A model generated the notes under the pieces. The model searched no databases and was not told the DNA's origin. It saw only the letters and a list, made by a program, of their open reading frames with translations. Positions 20,568 through 30,809 of a DNA stretch of 64,000 nucleotides are shown here, in pieces. The position numbers and the translations under genes are program-made. Source of the DNA: Candidatus Heimdallarchaeum endolithica (GTDB taxonomy: Archaea > Asgardarchaeota > Heimdallarchaeia > Heimdallarchaeales > Heimdallarchaeaceae); assembly GCA_021513715.1 (NCBI GenBank), contig CP084167.1, forward strand, positions 1,120,001 to 1,184,000. Direction: 5' to 3'. The stretch's first letter is position 1; the number at the start of each line of letters is the position of its first letter.

Positions 20568-21343
20568 ATGGAATTGATACAGCCTTATCAGTTGCTAAAG
20601 AAAAAAAACTTCAAGTTTTTCGACCATTTGAAACTAAAAAGTTTATCATTAGAGTTTTTGATTCTGAAAAGGTTGCCAGCGTTGTTAAACTTAAATTTTA
20701 CGAGAAATTATTTTTCAAATTAAAAGAAAAAAATAAGAAAATAAAGAATAGTGCTAATCTCAGACAATTTAGAAAAGAAGATATTCCAATTTTATTTGAT
20801 TTACTAGTAGATCTCACTAAAGATTATGAAGTATCAATAGAACCTAATTTTGAAGATTTTAAATGGGTATTAGAACAACCAGCAACTAATTGTATAATTT
20901 ATGAAAAAAGTGAAGAAATAAAGGGATTCATGCTTGCTTGGGAGTTCAAACTTGCAGATTTCGGAAATGCAATTCCTTTTGGTTGGATAGATATTATTCA
21001 CATAAAAAATCTATCTACATCAGAAGCTACAGATTTGAGTCTGTATCTATCTGAAACGAGTAATGCAAAAGGATGGTTGGGATTACAATCCCCATACATT
21101 CCTTATTATAAGTCTAAACCTTTACAAAAAGCTAACTTTGTTTTTTTCCCCAAAAAACTAAGTTTTGACATTATTTTACTTAGCAAAGTGAAAATACCTG
21201 GTAAGTTTAAAGCTGCTTACTTTGATTGGAGATGAACACTCATTTGAAAGAGAATAGAAGGAACTAATGAAAAAAATAGAGGTTAAAGATTTACATTTTT
21301 TCCAAAGGTTTAAAAATAATAAATTGTAAGGGATAATAGAAAA

Positions 21344-21829
21344 ATGAAAAAGAAACAATTTCGATTAATAATTGCTTTAATCATGCTAGCTTTTCTATCT
21401 ATTCAGTTTGTACAAGGCTTAACTACAATTGAAGCTGATGAAGTAAAAGTTGATCTCCAAATTACAAATGCTTACTACTGTGATGCAGATTTTGATGGTG
21501 AAGAAGATGATGTTGTTTTACATTTTGAAACCAATATCACCTTTCTAGAAAATAAATATTTAGTAAAATTTTATCTAGAAATAGACTTGATTTTACCTTC
21601 TGGTATGCAGTTTAGTTATTTATATGAAATATATACCACAAGAACTTTTCTTAATTTTACAATGTTTTTCTACAATCATGCCTTAGAACCAGGAGACTAT
21701 ATAGGTATTGTAACGCTGCATTTATCTGATGATGGCGAATTTATATCTGGTACAGAACAGATTATTTTTGACCCTCCAGGAAAAACAGATGATACAGACC
21801 CTCCAGCAACAGAACTCATTGTTGAATAG
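21344..21829 (+). CDS. Secreted acidic beta-rich protein (paralog of 38572..39030)
   Basis: Signal peptide; FYNHA..GDY and IFDPPG motifs. Confidence 0.75.
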   Translation: MKKKQFRLIIALIMLAFLSIQFVQGLTTIEADEVKVDLQITNAYYCDADFDGEEDDVVLHFETNITFLENKYLVKFYLEIDLILPSGMQFSYLYEIYTTRTFLNFTMFFYNHALEPGDYIGIVTLHLSDDGEFISGTEQIIFDPPGKTDDTDPPATELIVE

Positions 21830-21844
21830 GTTAGAAACCTCTGG

Positions 21845-22945
21845 GTGACTACTGTGGATACTTTAGATTATCTTATTCTCTTAGAATTATTAAACAATCC
21901 AACCATAACAGTAACTGAACTAGCCACAAAACTTAATAGTTCTCGTCCAACGGTTTCAAAATATCTTAAGAATCTAAAAGAAAAAGGGATTATTAGAAAT
22001 ACAATAGCTAACATATACCCAGAAAGATTGAATCTTACTGTAATAGATGTTTTATCATTTGTTTCTTCTTATGAAAATTTACTTTTATTGGAAAAAGCTT
22101 GTGATGAACATCCTTACACATATTACAGATCTCGCATTTATGGAGGTAAATTTGGTTTATTTATAATATTTTACATTCCAATGGGTACAACTGCAAATAT
22201 TGATGAATTCTTCAAAAAATTGCAAAAAGGTAATATCATTAATGATTACAGGATTTATGAGAGTAGTGGAGTTTCTTACAGTTCAAGATCGGATATAAGC
22301 AGGTTTAACATTGAGAAAAGTAAATGGGATTTTTCATGGGAAAAATGGATAAATTCAATTGAACAAGAAGATGATAAAATTATTTTTGAGAAAATTGAAC
22401 CAATTAATCTAAAAATCATTAAAAGGACACATTTTGAAATCTTACGGATGCTTACTGAAAACGCTTCAATAAAACAAAATGAAATATCAAAAAGACTTAA
22501 TTTAAGTAAAACAGAAACACATCGCCAATATAATTTTGTTCTTGAAAAGTTTGTCAAAGAAATAATTCAAACTTTCAATAGAGATAATTTTTTCCTAACT
22601 GAAACATTTCTGATAATTGCTCATGACATTTCATTAGAGAAACAAGGAAAATTAATTAACAAAATGAAAAATGACCCTCCTCCATTCTATGGCAGCTTGT
22701 CTATTCTAAAGGGTGGTAAATTTAGGTTCTGGGCAAATATGAGTATAGATCAAGCTGGTACATTCATCTTTTCATTATTTAAAATTTTTAACAATATTGA
22801 AGTATTTACTCTAAATACAAGAAAAAAGAGAAGTGCATCATACTATTTTTATCCGGAAAATTTCGATTTCAACATCAAGAAGTGGAAAGACTCAAAAAGT
22901 TACATGATAAAAGAACCTTTAGAAAGGCTTAATTTAATAATTTAA
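21845..22945 (+). CDS. Tandem wHTH Lrp/AsnC-like transcriptional regulator
   Basis: N-terminal LDYLIL..L..NP...TELA..L..SRPTV HTH, second HTH at ILRMLTENAS; paralog of 39081..40226. Confidence 0.8.
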   Translation: MTTVDTLDYLILLELLNNPTITVTELATKLNSSRPTVSKYLKNLKEKGIIRNTIANIYPERLNLTVIDVLSFVSSYENLLLLEKACDEHPYTYYRSRIYGGKFGLFIIFYIPMGTTANIDEFFKKLQKGNIINDYRIYESSGVSYSSRSDISRFNIEKSKWDFSWEKWINSIEQEDDKIIFEKIEPINLKIIKRTHFEILRMLTENASIKQNEISKRLNLSKTETHRQYNFVLEKFVKEIIQTFNRDNFFLTETFLIIAHDISLEKQGKLINKMKNDPPPFYGSLSILKGGKFRFWANMSIDQAGTFIFSLFKIFNNIEVFTLNTRKKRSASYYFYPENFDFNIKKWKDSKSYMIKEPLERLNLII

Positions 22946-23143
22946 CTTAAATATCTTAAAAACCCCTTATAGGATTTTGTGCTTTAATTTTTTATCAATT
23001 TTTTGTTTTAAATGATTAACTATAATTTCTATGTTGGTCCAGTCTTCTAACTCTTAGCATTTTATGAACAAGTTACTTCAATTTTTAGTTTTTTTGGAAC
23101 TTTTGAAAAAAATTTATAAGGGTTCTTTTACATTTGTTCAATA

Positions 23144-23434
23144 ATGACTTATCAGCTAATTAGTAAGAAAATGATTGAGAGAATAATGGAAAAAAGCAAA
23201 TTTGAAAGAATTGTTCCAGCAGAGAGCAAAAAAGAAGAAGTTGAATTTGTAGAAAAAATGTATTGTCCAATGTGTAAAACAAGTCATTATTGTAATATCA
23301 TTTATGAAAAAAAGAAAGAGGAGGAAAACCAAACCTATAATTTAACTATCATAAGGTGCAACTACTGTTTTGCAGTTTTTCCTTTAAAATTTTATAAAGA
23401 AGAACAACTCAATAGATTTAAAAAACAGGATTAA
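23144..23434 (+). CDS. Small C4 zinc-finger protein
   Basis: CPMC...CNYC. Confidence 0.7.
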   Translation: MTYQLISKKMIERIMEKSKFERIVPAESKKEEVEFVEKMYCPMCKTSHYCNIIYEKKKEEENQTYNLTIIRCNYCFAVFPLKFYKEEQLNRFKKQD

Positions 23435-23468
23435 AGATCGAATTTAATGATTTAATCAACTTGATTTA

Positions 23469-23726
23469 CTAAAATGAATATGTTTTTAGCTTTTCAATTG
23501 AGTCTATTTGTTTTTCATCAAAGAAGGTTACTTCATACATTTTATCGCAATTTTCGCAACGTAGCGTATATACAATAAAAGTAATATTTTTTTCTTTTAG
23601 TTCAGATTTAGAAACTATATCTTTCTTACTAGATAGTTTACAAACAGGGCAAAACATGTGATCAATAAATTCTTCCTTTTCATTATCTGTTGAATAGGGA
23701 ATAGGAAACTTTGTCTGTTGCATCAA
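23469..23726 (-). CDS. Small C4 zinc-finger protein, paralog of the convergent neighbour
   Basis: CPVC...CENC. Confidence 0.7.
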   Translation of the reverse strand: MMQQTKFPIPYSTDNEKEEFIDHMFCPVCKLSSKKDIVSKSELKEKNITFIVYTLRCENCDKMYEVTFFDEKQIDSIEKLKTYSF

Positions 23727-23989
23727 GTTATTTTTTTTGCTAGATTTTTATAAAGTTTGTCATGCACAAAAATTGAAAAAATAGTAATAGAAATCATATT
23801 TTTGTGCGAAAATTAGATCGTTTCATAGTTTTGTAATACATTTTTAACCATTAAAAATGCTATTTTTATTAAAATATTTTTTAAAAGGATATATAACTGA
23901 CTAATTAATATTGAATTGTAATACATTTTTTCTTTTGTATTACTTCCCTACAAAGATTAAATAATGAAAAAGAATAAGAAACTAAGCCT

Positions 23990-24883
23990 TTAAACTTTCT
24001 TTTCTGTAATTTTTACTTCTCTTGTATCAGTATTGTATTTTATTACTCCCAGTTCTTGCATTGCTAGAATTTCTGATTTTATTTTCACAGCAGGGGAGTC
24101 TATTTCTTTTGCAATGTCATCTATATTTGATGTTTTTGGGTATTTTTCTAGTAAGTAAAGATATATTTTTCCTTGTAAACTTTCATCTAGCAATTTTCTG
24201 ATGTGAGTATTTTGTGCGATTACAGGCTCCATATTATCTTTATATTCTTTATATTCTTTTTCTACTGCTTTTAGTTTTTCGTTTAGTTCTTTCTTTTCTA
24301 CTTTTAGTTTTTCTATTTTTGAAGTAAGGTCATCTTTTTTGTCTTTTAATGAACCTAGTTGCTCTTTTAGTTTTGTTAATTCATCTTCTAGTTGCTTTAA
24401 TCGTTCTTCTTTTTCTTCTAGTCTTATTGTTAATTCACTATTCTTTTCTTTCAGTTCTTGTATCTCTAAATCTTTTTCTTCTCTAATTTGCTTTTCTTCT
24501 TTAAGATTTAATTTAAACTTTTCAAACAACTTATTTACTTCACTAATCTTTTTCTCTAGATTTTCAATTTGCTTATCTTTTTCATCTATTCTTTCCTTTA
24601 TGATCAATAACGCTTTTTTTGAATCTTCTATTTCTTTAGATAGACTTGATAGCTGTTTTGTCTTCAAGTTTGATAGTTGTGTGTTAATATTTTTAGCTTC
24701 CTTTTCTGAATTTTCAATTTTCTTTATTATTTCTTTATTCTGAGTTATTCTTCCCTCTTTTTCATCAGTTAACATTTTTTCTATCAAACTTGTTTTTTTT
24801 ACTAAATCATCAATTACCTTCACAAGGTATTCCAAATTTACTTTGTCTTTACCTGAATACTCCTCAATGCTCATAATCTTCAC
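23990..24883 (-). CDS. Long coiled-coil protein with C-terminal wHTH
   Basis: About 200 aa of E/K heptads, then KIYLYL...IDDIAKEI...LAMQELGVI. Confidence 0.75.
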   Translation of the reverse strand: MKIMSIEEYSGKDKVNLEYLVKVIDDLVKKTSLIEKMLTDEKEGRITQNKEIIKKIENSEKEAKNINTQLSNLKTKQLSSLSKEIEDSKKALLIIKERIDEKDKQIENLEKKISEVNKLFEKFKLNLKEEKQIREEKDLEIQELKEKNSELTIRLEEKEERLKQLEDELTKLKEQLGSLKDKKDDLTSKIEKLKVEKKELNEKLKAVEKEYKEYKDNMEPVIAQNTHIRKLLDESLQGKIYLYLLEKYPKTSNIDDIAKEIDSPAVKIKSEILAMQELGVIKYNTDTREVKITEKKV

Positions 24884-24933
24884 AACTAATTATATTCTAC
24901 TAAAATTTAAAAAAGGTTTTGCTGTCTTTTTTA

Positions 24934-25737
24934 TTATTTTTCAGTTAGAATTGAGTAATACTCTATTCTTCTATCTTTAAACAAGTTATTTCTTTCATTT
25001 ATCCACTTGTTTTTTGCTATTTCAGGGTCTATATCAACAGTTTTTAGTTCAACTGTATCTTTTCCTGCTTTCGCTAGAGTTTCCATTTTTGGTGATGTGA
25101 TCTGACTTTGTCCTGTAAAATTTAAGCTAATTTCATCATTTTTTTCTACTCCTATTCTATTTGCTGTTATTGTATAAACAGCATTTTCTACTGATCGAGC
25201 TAGCATTGCTGTTTGACTATAAGGTAAAACAAGATTTGCAGAATGACATATGATTTCAGCTCCTTTTAAAGCCAGTATTCTAGTTGTTTCTGGAAAAATC
25301 CAATCAAAGCATATCATCAATCCTACTTTAGCTTTCCCTATGTCGTAAATTTCCAGTGGTTTATTTCCTGGTTCAAAAAACAATTTTTCTCTGTCAAACA
25401 GATGTAATTTTCTATAAGTTGAGATATATCCTTCTGGCCCTATTAAAACAGAAGAATTAAAGAAAGTTGAACCTTTTTTTTCTGCGACACCAGAAACCAC
25501 ATAAGCATTTTTGTTTTTGCAAATATCTTCTAAATGAAAAATAAACACTCCTTTTGGTATTTCTTCTGCTACTTTCCTTAACTCTTCCTTATTTTTAAAA
25601 ACGTAACCTGAGTTTGCTAACTCTGGTAAGACTAATAAATCAAAATTTTGAGTTTTTTCTAATTCTGATATAATCAGATTAATATTCTCTTCTACTTCTA
25701 GAAATTTTGGTTCAAATTGAAAGAAACCAATTTTCAT
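24934..25737 (-). CDS. Carbon-nitrogen hydrolase (nitrilase family)
   Basis: VLPEL, YRKLHLF and ICFDWIFPE (E-K-C triad); start trimmed to MKIGFFQ. Confidence 0.93.
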   Translation of the reverse strand: MKIGFFQFEPKFLEVEENINLIISELEKTQNFDLLVLPELANSGYVFKNKEELRKVAEEIPKGVFIFHLEDICKNKNAYVVSGVAEKKGSTFFNSSVLIGPEGYISTYRKLHLFDREKLFFEPGNKPLEIYDIGKAKVGLMICFDWIFPETTRILALKGAEIICHSANLVLPYSQTAMLARSVENAVYTITANRIGVEKNDEISLNFTGQSQITSPKMETLAKAGKDTVELKTVDIDPEIAKNKWINERNNLFKDRRIEYYSILTEK

Positions 25738-25780
25738 ACTAAAAAGACTAATTAGTATTTTTAAAGTGTTACTTTCAGAT

Positions 25781-26437
25781 TTATTCTTTAGCATTCAGTT
25801 TTTTTATTAAAGATACTATTTCCTCGATAGATTCAATAATAAAGTCAGGTTCTTTTTCAACAGCCTCTTCGTACATTGTTGTTCCATATTTTGCTAAAAC
25901 GCTTCTAACCTTCGCTTCTTTTGCACTAACAATGTCAAAGGCAGTATCACCTACCATTAAAGCTTCTTCTGGTTTGCAATCAAATTCTGAAAGTAATTCC
26001 TTGATTGCAGGAGCTTTAGAATGATCTAGTGTTCCTATAGCTTTATCTATAAGATCACCTATCGAATAGTAATTAATCCACTCAATTAACCTTTTTTGGT
26101 TTTTTCTTGACACAATTGCTATTTTACATATTTCTCTTACTTGCTTTAGAGTTTCTTTCACTCCCGGATAGAGTTTACGCATAAGCTTATATTTTACTGT
26201 TAATTCTTGATAAATTTTAGAAGCGTTATCAAGTATGCTCTTTTCTTCTGTTTGCAACAAATGTCTAAAATCATCTATTTGATCAGTATTTCCCCCTCTT
26301 TTATCAAATTCTGAAATAGAAATATTTTTTCCAGATATTTTTTTTATTGTTTCTTGCATTTGTAAAGCGTATGCTCTTTTTGAATCAGAAATTACTCCAT
26401 CAAAATCAAAAATAACAACTTTAATCATCTTAATCAA
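25781..26437 (-). CDS. HAD-family phosphatase
   Basis: IFDFDGV, IVSRK, MVGDTAFD. Confidence 0.92.
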   Translation of the reverse strand: MIKMIKVVIFDFDGVISDSKRAYALQMQETIKKISGKNISISEFDKRGGNTDQIDDFRHLLQTEEKSILDNASKIYQELTVKYKLMRKLYPGVKETLKQVREICKIAIVSRKNQKRLIEWINYYSIGDLIDKAIGTLDHSKAPAIKELLSEFDCKPEEALMVGDTAFDIVSAKEAKVRSVLAKYGTTMYEEAVEKEPDFIIESIEEIVSLIKKLNAKE

Positions 26438-26507
26438 AAAAACTATTTAAATTTATAAACTATATTTTAATACTATTTTTTTTATTTTTCTTGATTACCC
26501 ACGAGTT

Positions 26508-27245
26508 TTAGTTTTCTTGTTCTTGTTCCTTTTCTTGTTCTTGTTCCTTTTCTTGTTCTTGTTCCTTTTCTTGTTCTTGTTCCTTTTCTTTGTCTTTCAT
26601 CCATTCAGGAGTTTCATTTAATCTTGCTTTCCAATCAAATTCTTGAAATCCAGTCATTCTTTTTTCCATTTTAGAGGCTACTGCAGATTCTATTTGATGA
26701 AATCCGTCATAGAATTCATCTATTTTTTTTACTCTTTCTTTTTGTTTTATTCTTTCTTGTGCTCTTTTTTCAAAATCAAATAAATAAGCGATGTAGCTAA
26801 AAAGTCCCATCTTTTTATCTCTAAGGTGTCTTTTTATTAAATAAAGGATGGAGGCTAACATTAAAGCTCCAGTAACAAAAAATATCCCAATTAAGATTTG
26901 TGAAGACCATTGAGTTCCGAAAAAGGTTAGATATATACTAACAGGTAAATATGTTGCAGCCATAACAATAATAGGTATTGCAACAAAAATATACAAGAGT
27001 TCATTAATTGCACTAGCTATGGCATATCCTCTTCCTGTTAAAAACCGTATCATAACACCTGAAAAGAATGTTCCTGCGAGTATAGCTATAATAACAAATC
27101 CAATTATTTTAAAAAGAGGATTTCCTGAAACAAAACCTAATATTACTGATGCTGTTAAAACTACACCTAAAATAATATTTTGAACTATATTCTTACGGTC
27201 GATGAATTTTTTTCTTTTTGGCACATAATGACCCATTTTCCTCAA
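26508..27245 (-). CDS. Membrane protein with repetitive EKEQEQ tail
   Basis: 4 TM segments followed by charged tail. Confidence 0.75.
   Translation of the reverse strand: MRKMGHYVPKRKKFIDRKNIVQNIILGVVLTASVILGFVSGNPLFKIIGFVIIAILAGTFFSGVMIRFLTGRGYAIASAINELLYIFVAIPIIVMAATYLPVSIYLTFFGTQWSSQILIGIFFVTGALMLASILYLIKRHLRDKKMGLFSYIAYLFDFEKRAQERIKQKERVKKIDEFYDGFHQIESAVASKMEKRMTGFQEFDWKARLNETPEWMKDKEKEQEQEKEQEQEKEQEQEKEQEQEN
26514..26590. repeat. 18-bp tandem repeat x4 (TTCTTGTTCTTGTTCCTT) coding KEQEQE
   Basis: Read directly. Confidence 0.9.
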
Positions 27246-27382
27246 CCCTCAAAAATTTTAAACATTTAAAGAGTTTTGTATAGGAATAAAAAATCTGTAT
27301 TTACCCTATTATAACAGAGTAATTTTAGAAAAAGAAAAAGTATAAACATTTTTCTTTCCTCTAATTTCGATATTTATTTTAC

Positions 27383-28063
27383 TTAAGATAGCTTTGCTCC
27401 GCAATTTGTACAGAACATTGCATTTTCCTCGTTTGTTGCACCGCAATTTGTACAATACTTTGATGGCGTAACTGGTTGCTGATAAGTCTGATGTACTGTT
27501 GAAGATGTATCATAACTACTATATTGTGGAGGTGGTGCATATTTTGCTGGAGTCTGTTTACTACGTTTTACTATAATTAAGACTACCAATCCAACAACTG
27601 CTGCAATGATAATAACCCAAACAATCCAATTAGAAGAAGTATTAGTAACTTCATAGGTAAATCTAATTATAGCATAGGAAATATTAGCATCTACACCTTC
27701 AGAATTAGTATTATCAAAAGCAAAATCATATGATCTTTTTTCATCTAAAACAAAACTTAGTGTAGTAACCAACACATTATAATTTACATAATAAACATCT
27801 ATTTCTTCTCCATCTGCATAATTTTCTGCATCACCCTCATCAGATACAAAAAACAATAGAGTTTGATCACTACTTATTTCAAGAGTTACTTCTGTTTGCT
27901 CTGCAGGGGTTTTTTCACTAAAGTAATAAACATACCCCCATTCAAAAATGATGTCATATTCTTCCAATACTGTTTCAGTTGTTGTTTCTCCTTTTACTAG
28001 AAAAGAGAAAGAACTAAACAATAATGCAATAAACAAAAAAACTATGAATGATTTTTTTTTCAT
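27383..28063 (-). CDS. Single-pass membrane protein with cytoplasmic double zinc ribbon
   Basis: Signal peptide, TM helix, CTNCG...CTNCG. Confidence 0.85.
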   Translation of the reverse strand: MKKKSFIVFLFIALLFSSFSFLVKGETTTETVLEEYDIIFEWGYVYYFSEKTPAEQTEVTLEISSDQTLLFFVSDEGDAENYADGEEIDVYYVNYNVLVTTLSFVLDEKRSYDFAFDNTNSEGVDANISYAIIRFTYEVTNTSSNWIVWVIIIAAVVGLVVLIIVKRSKQTPAKYAPPPQYSSYDTSSTVHQTYQQPVTPSKYCTNCGATNEENAMFCTNCGAKLS

Positions 28064-28209
28064 TATCTTTCCTCTTACTCTATTTAATTTTAGAAGTTTC
28101 AGTATTTAAAGTGTAAATATTGTTTATAAACTGTTTCATTTAATATGATAAAAATAAGTATAAAAGTTTTTTAAAAAAACTAAAAAAAATAAAAGAAAAA
28201 GATAATACT

Positions 28210-30687
28210 TTAGTTTTCTTGCCTTTTTCTTCTTTGAATCACAACAATTGATTGAATTATGAACAAACTTGCTGTTATTCCTATTAATGTAACACTGTCA
28301 AAACCTGTTTTTTCTGTAGTTTCAGAAACTATGTGTATTTCATATGTTTCTAGGGTCCATTTTGAATTTCCTAGTTCGTCTTCAGCATATATTCGATAAG
28401 TTATATTAGAATTGGAACTAAATTTACCTAATTCTAACTCAAATACTCCAGTTGTAATATTGTAAAACATTATATTATCGTGTGTTTCATTTCCTTCTTT
28501 TGTTATTAATGTCCAAGAAATATTAACATAATCTCTTCCATCTATTTTTGCCAAGTTAGCTGTTTGGTTTTCTACTCTAACTTGCACAACAATATAGTAT
28601 TGGTCATAATATACACTTGTATAGGTAAACTTGTCAGATCCTTCAGCTCTAACGACGACTGTAGGTTTTTTAATTATTATTGGTGTTTTATCAGAGTATT
28701 CAATAACATAAGTATTATTGTTAGATACTGTACTTTCAGACCCATAAACTACTCTAACTCTATAAGTTATTTCCATGCCGTATTCCAACTTAGGTATTGA
28801 AGATTTGTAGATATAGATCTGACCAACTGATGATACGATTGTCATTTCTACAGATGTCCAATCATCATCAAAGTTTGACATATAGTCAAGATAGGCAGAA
28901 ATTAAAAGTTCTGATGGTTTATAGATTTGTGCTGTAACATTTACAATCATTGTATCATCAGGATCTGAAACATCTCTTTCAACAACACTTATTGCTGGAG
29001 GAACAATATATTTTTCTGATAATGGATGATTATCATAGATTTCAACATCTTTTCCTTCATAATTTACAGAATCTATGTAAACTGATTCTTCATTTACTTC
29101 ATCATAATAATTTCCATGAATTGTGCCATTAGAAACTTCATATTCGAAATTGACTATACAATCAGTTATGCTTCCGAATTTTCCAGTAATGTTGTAAAAG
29201 TTGTTGTGATAAACAATAGAATCATTGCTATCATCGAAAATTATTGCGTTCCCTGAAATATCTTCGAATGTATTTCCACTTACTTCAAAATTAGGGCTTT
29301 CTACTACTTTAATACCACTATCAACATTATTTAACAATCCATCAACAACTTTTGTTGTTTCTGTATCTACAACATAAACCCCTAGTTCAGAATTAGTAAA
29401 TTCATTACCTAATAATAATCCTCCTGAAACAAGAATTAACTCTGTTCCAATGTTTGAGTTGACTATATTATTACTTGATAAAGCAGGTGATGTTGAAGAC
29501 CATATTGATATTCCGATATTAGTTGTAAGGATATCATTTGCAGTTAGGGTTGCTTTGTCAGAATCTTCAATGTAAATAGCAGTTTCAGAGTTTACAATTG
29601 AATTGGCTATTACATTTATAGATCTTGAATGTTCAATATCTACGGATAATAAAATATCTGTTAGTTTATTATATTGAATTGCAGAAGCTCTATTTTCATT
29701 TAATTTTATACCAATAGAGCTGTTAGTTATTTCATTGTTTAACACATCAACGTAATCTGATTCTAGAATTTGCAATGCTATTTCAGTTAAATCGTCTATT
29801 GTATTGTCAGAAACTTCAGAATAATAAGTTTCAGACAAGTCGATTCCATACTCACTATTTGACAAAGTGTTTGTGGATATAGTTACATAACTAGAATCTA
29901 GTGTCATAATAGCTTTAGAAGCCTTATCAAAGTTGTTTTCTTTAATTGTAACTTGCTTAGATTGTTGAATAGTTATTCCACGATTAACATCAGTAAATTC
30001 ATTGTCTTCTATTGTTGCTCCTTGTTTTGTTTGATAAATACCAGTTTCTGCAATATTGTTGAAAGTATTTCCTTTAATTAAAATGTCAGGGCTTGAGGAT
30101 ATCGATACTCCAACATCTAAGTTTTCAAATGTGTTATTTACTAACTGTATTGAGGAATAAGTTAGTGATAAACCAGTTTCATTATTTTTAAAAGTGTTTC
30201 TTGAGATTAAACTGGTCTCTGGTAAAGTCAAGAATTTCATTTCATAACAGTTGTCAAAAACTGAATCAACTATTGTAACTTCTGCACTGTTAACGTTAAT
30301 ATCAATGTTTTCAACTATAGAATTATCTATGATAATTTCATTTCCTATTAGACTCTTGATTCTTCCGTTATAATCAGGATTTTCTGATAATATTTGACTG
30401 TCAGTAATATTCAAAGTATCTCCTACTTCTAAAACAACCTCATTTGTAGCATTTGCTTTAAAGATAACAATTGCGTTATAGATTGTTAATTTAGCATTGA
30501 AAAGCATAGACTCATTAATGTAAACTGTTTTGCCTTCCCAGATTGTATCCTCAGTAATTGTTTCTCTAACAGAAGAATTTTCTTCTGAGCCGATCTGAAT
30601 AGCAGAAGATGTAATCATTCCCACTGTTATTAAACTTAAAATTATTACAGAATTAATCAGTACTTGTAACCGATTTGTAAATTTCAT
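28210..30687 (-). CDS. Cell-surface parallel beta-helix (NosD-like) protein
   Basis: Repeated I..N.F...GI motifs, signal peptide, C-terminal TM plus RRKR. Confidence 0.85.
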   Translation of the reverse strand: MKFTNRLQVLINSVIILSLITVGMITSSAIQIGSEENSSVRETITEDTIWEGKTVYINESMLFNAKLTIYNAIVIFKANATNEVVLEVGDTLNITDSQILSENPDYNGRIKSLIGNEIIIDNSIVENIDINVNSAEVTIVDSVFDNCYEMKFLTLPETSLISRNTFKNNETGLSLTYSSIQLVNNTFENLDVGVSISSSPDILIKGNTFNNIAETGIYQTKQGATIEDNEFTDVNRGITIQQSKQVTIKENNFDKASKAIMTLDSSYVTISTNTLSNSEYGIDLSETYYSEVSDNTIDDLTEIALQILESDYVDVLNNEITNSSIGIKLNENRASAIQYNKLTDILLSVDIEHSRSINVIANSIVNSETAIYIEDSDKATLTANDILTTNIGISIWSSTSPALSSNNIVNSNIGTELILVSGGLLLGNEFTNSELGVYVVDTETTKVVDGLLNNVDSGIKVVESPNFEVSGNTFEDISGNAIIFDDSNDSIVYHNNFYNITGKFGSITDCIVNFEYEVSNGTIHGNYYDEVNEESVYIDSVNYEGKDVEIYDNHPLSEKYIVPPAISVVERDVSDPDDTMIVNVTAQIYKPSELLISAYLDYMSNFDDDWTSVEMTIVSSVGQIYIYKSSIPKLEYGMEITYRVRVVYGSESTVSNNNTYVIEYSDKTPIIIKKPTVVVRAEGSDKFTYTSVYYDQYYIVVQVRVENQTANLAKIDGRDYVNISWTLITKEGNETHDNIMFYNITTGVFELELGKFSSNSNITYRIYAEDELGNSKWTLETYEIHIVSETTEKTGFDSVTLIGITASLFIIQSIVVIQRRKRQEN

Positions 30688-30809
30688 CTATTAAACCTCT
30701 TATGTATACAATACTGAAAACATCGACTTAAGAACATTTAAAAAGTTTTGCAAAGCAAATTAAACTTAAAATCGATGAATTTTTATATTTAATTTTAAGC
30801 AGAAGTCTA

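Larger units (their letters stand above)
18307..21235 (+). pseudogene. Two-domain GNAT acetyltransferase interrupted by the TnpB element
   Basis: AVHHQHRRKGLA motif; joining 18726 to 20570 restores FEPEQH/GIDTALSV in frame (about 360 aa). Confidence 0.88.

Noticed and set aside
24339-24743. Antisense/shadow ORFs (e.g. 1570, 2552, 7279, 10590, 12691, 19313, 19935, 22276, 24339, 32580, 34367, 35965, 41191, 48773, 50365, 52967, 56460, 58632)
   Set aside because: They lie opposite well-supported genes and have low-complexity S/F/L-rich translations
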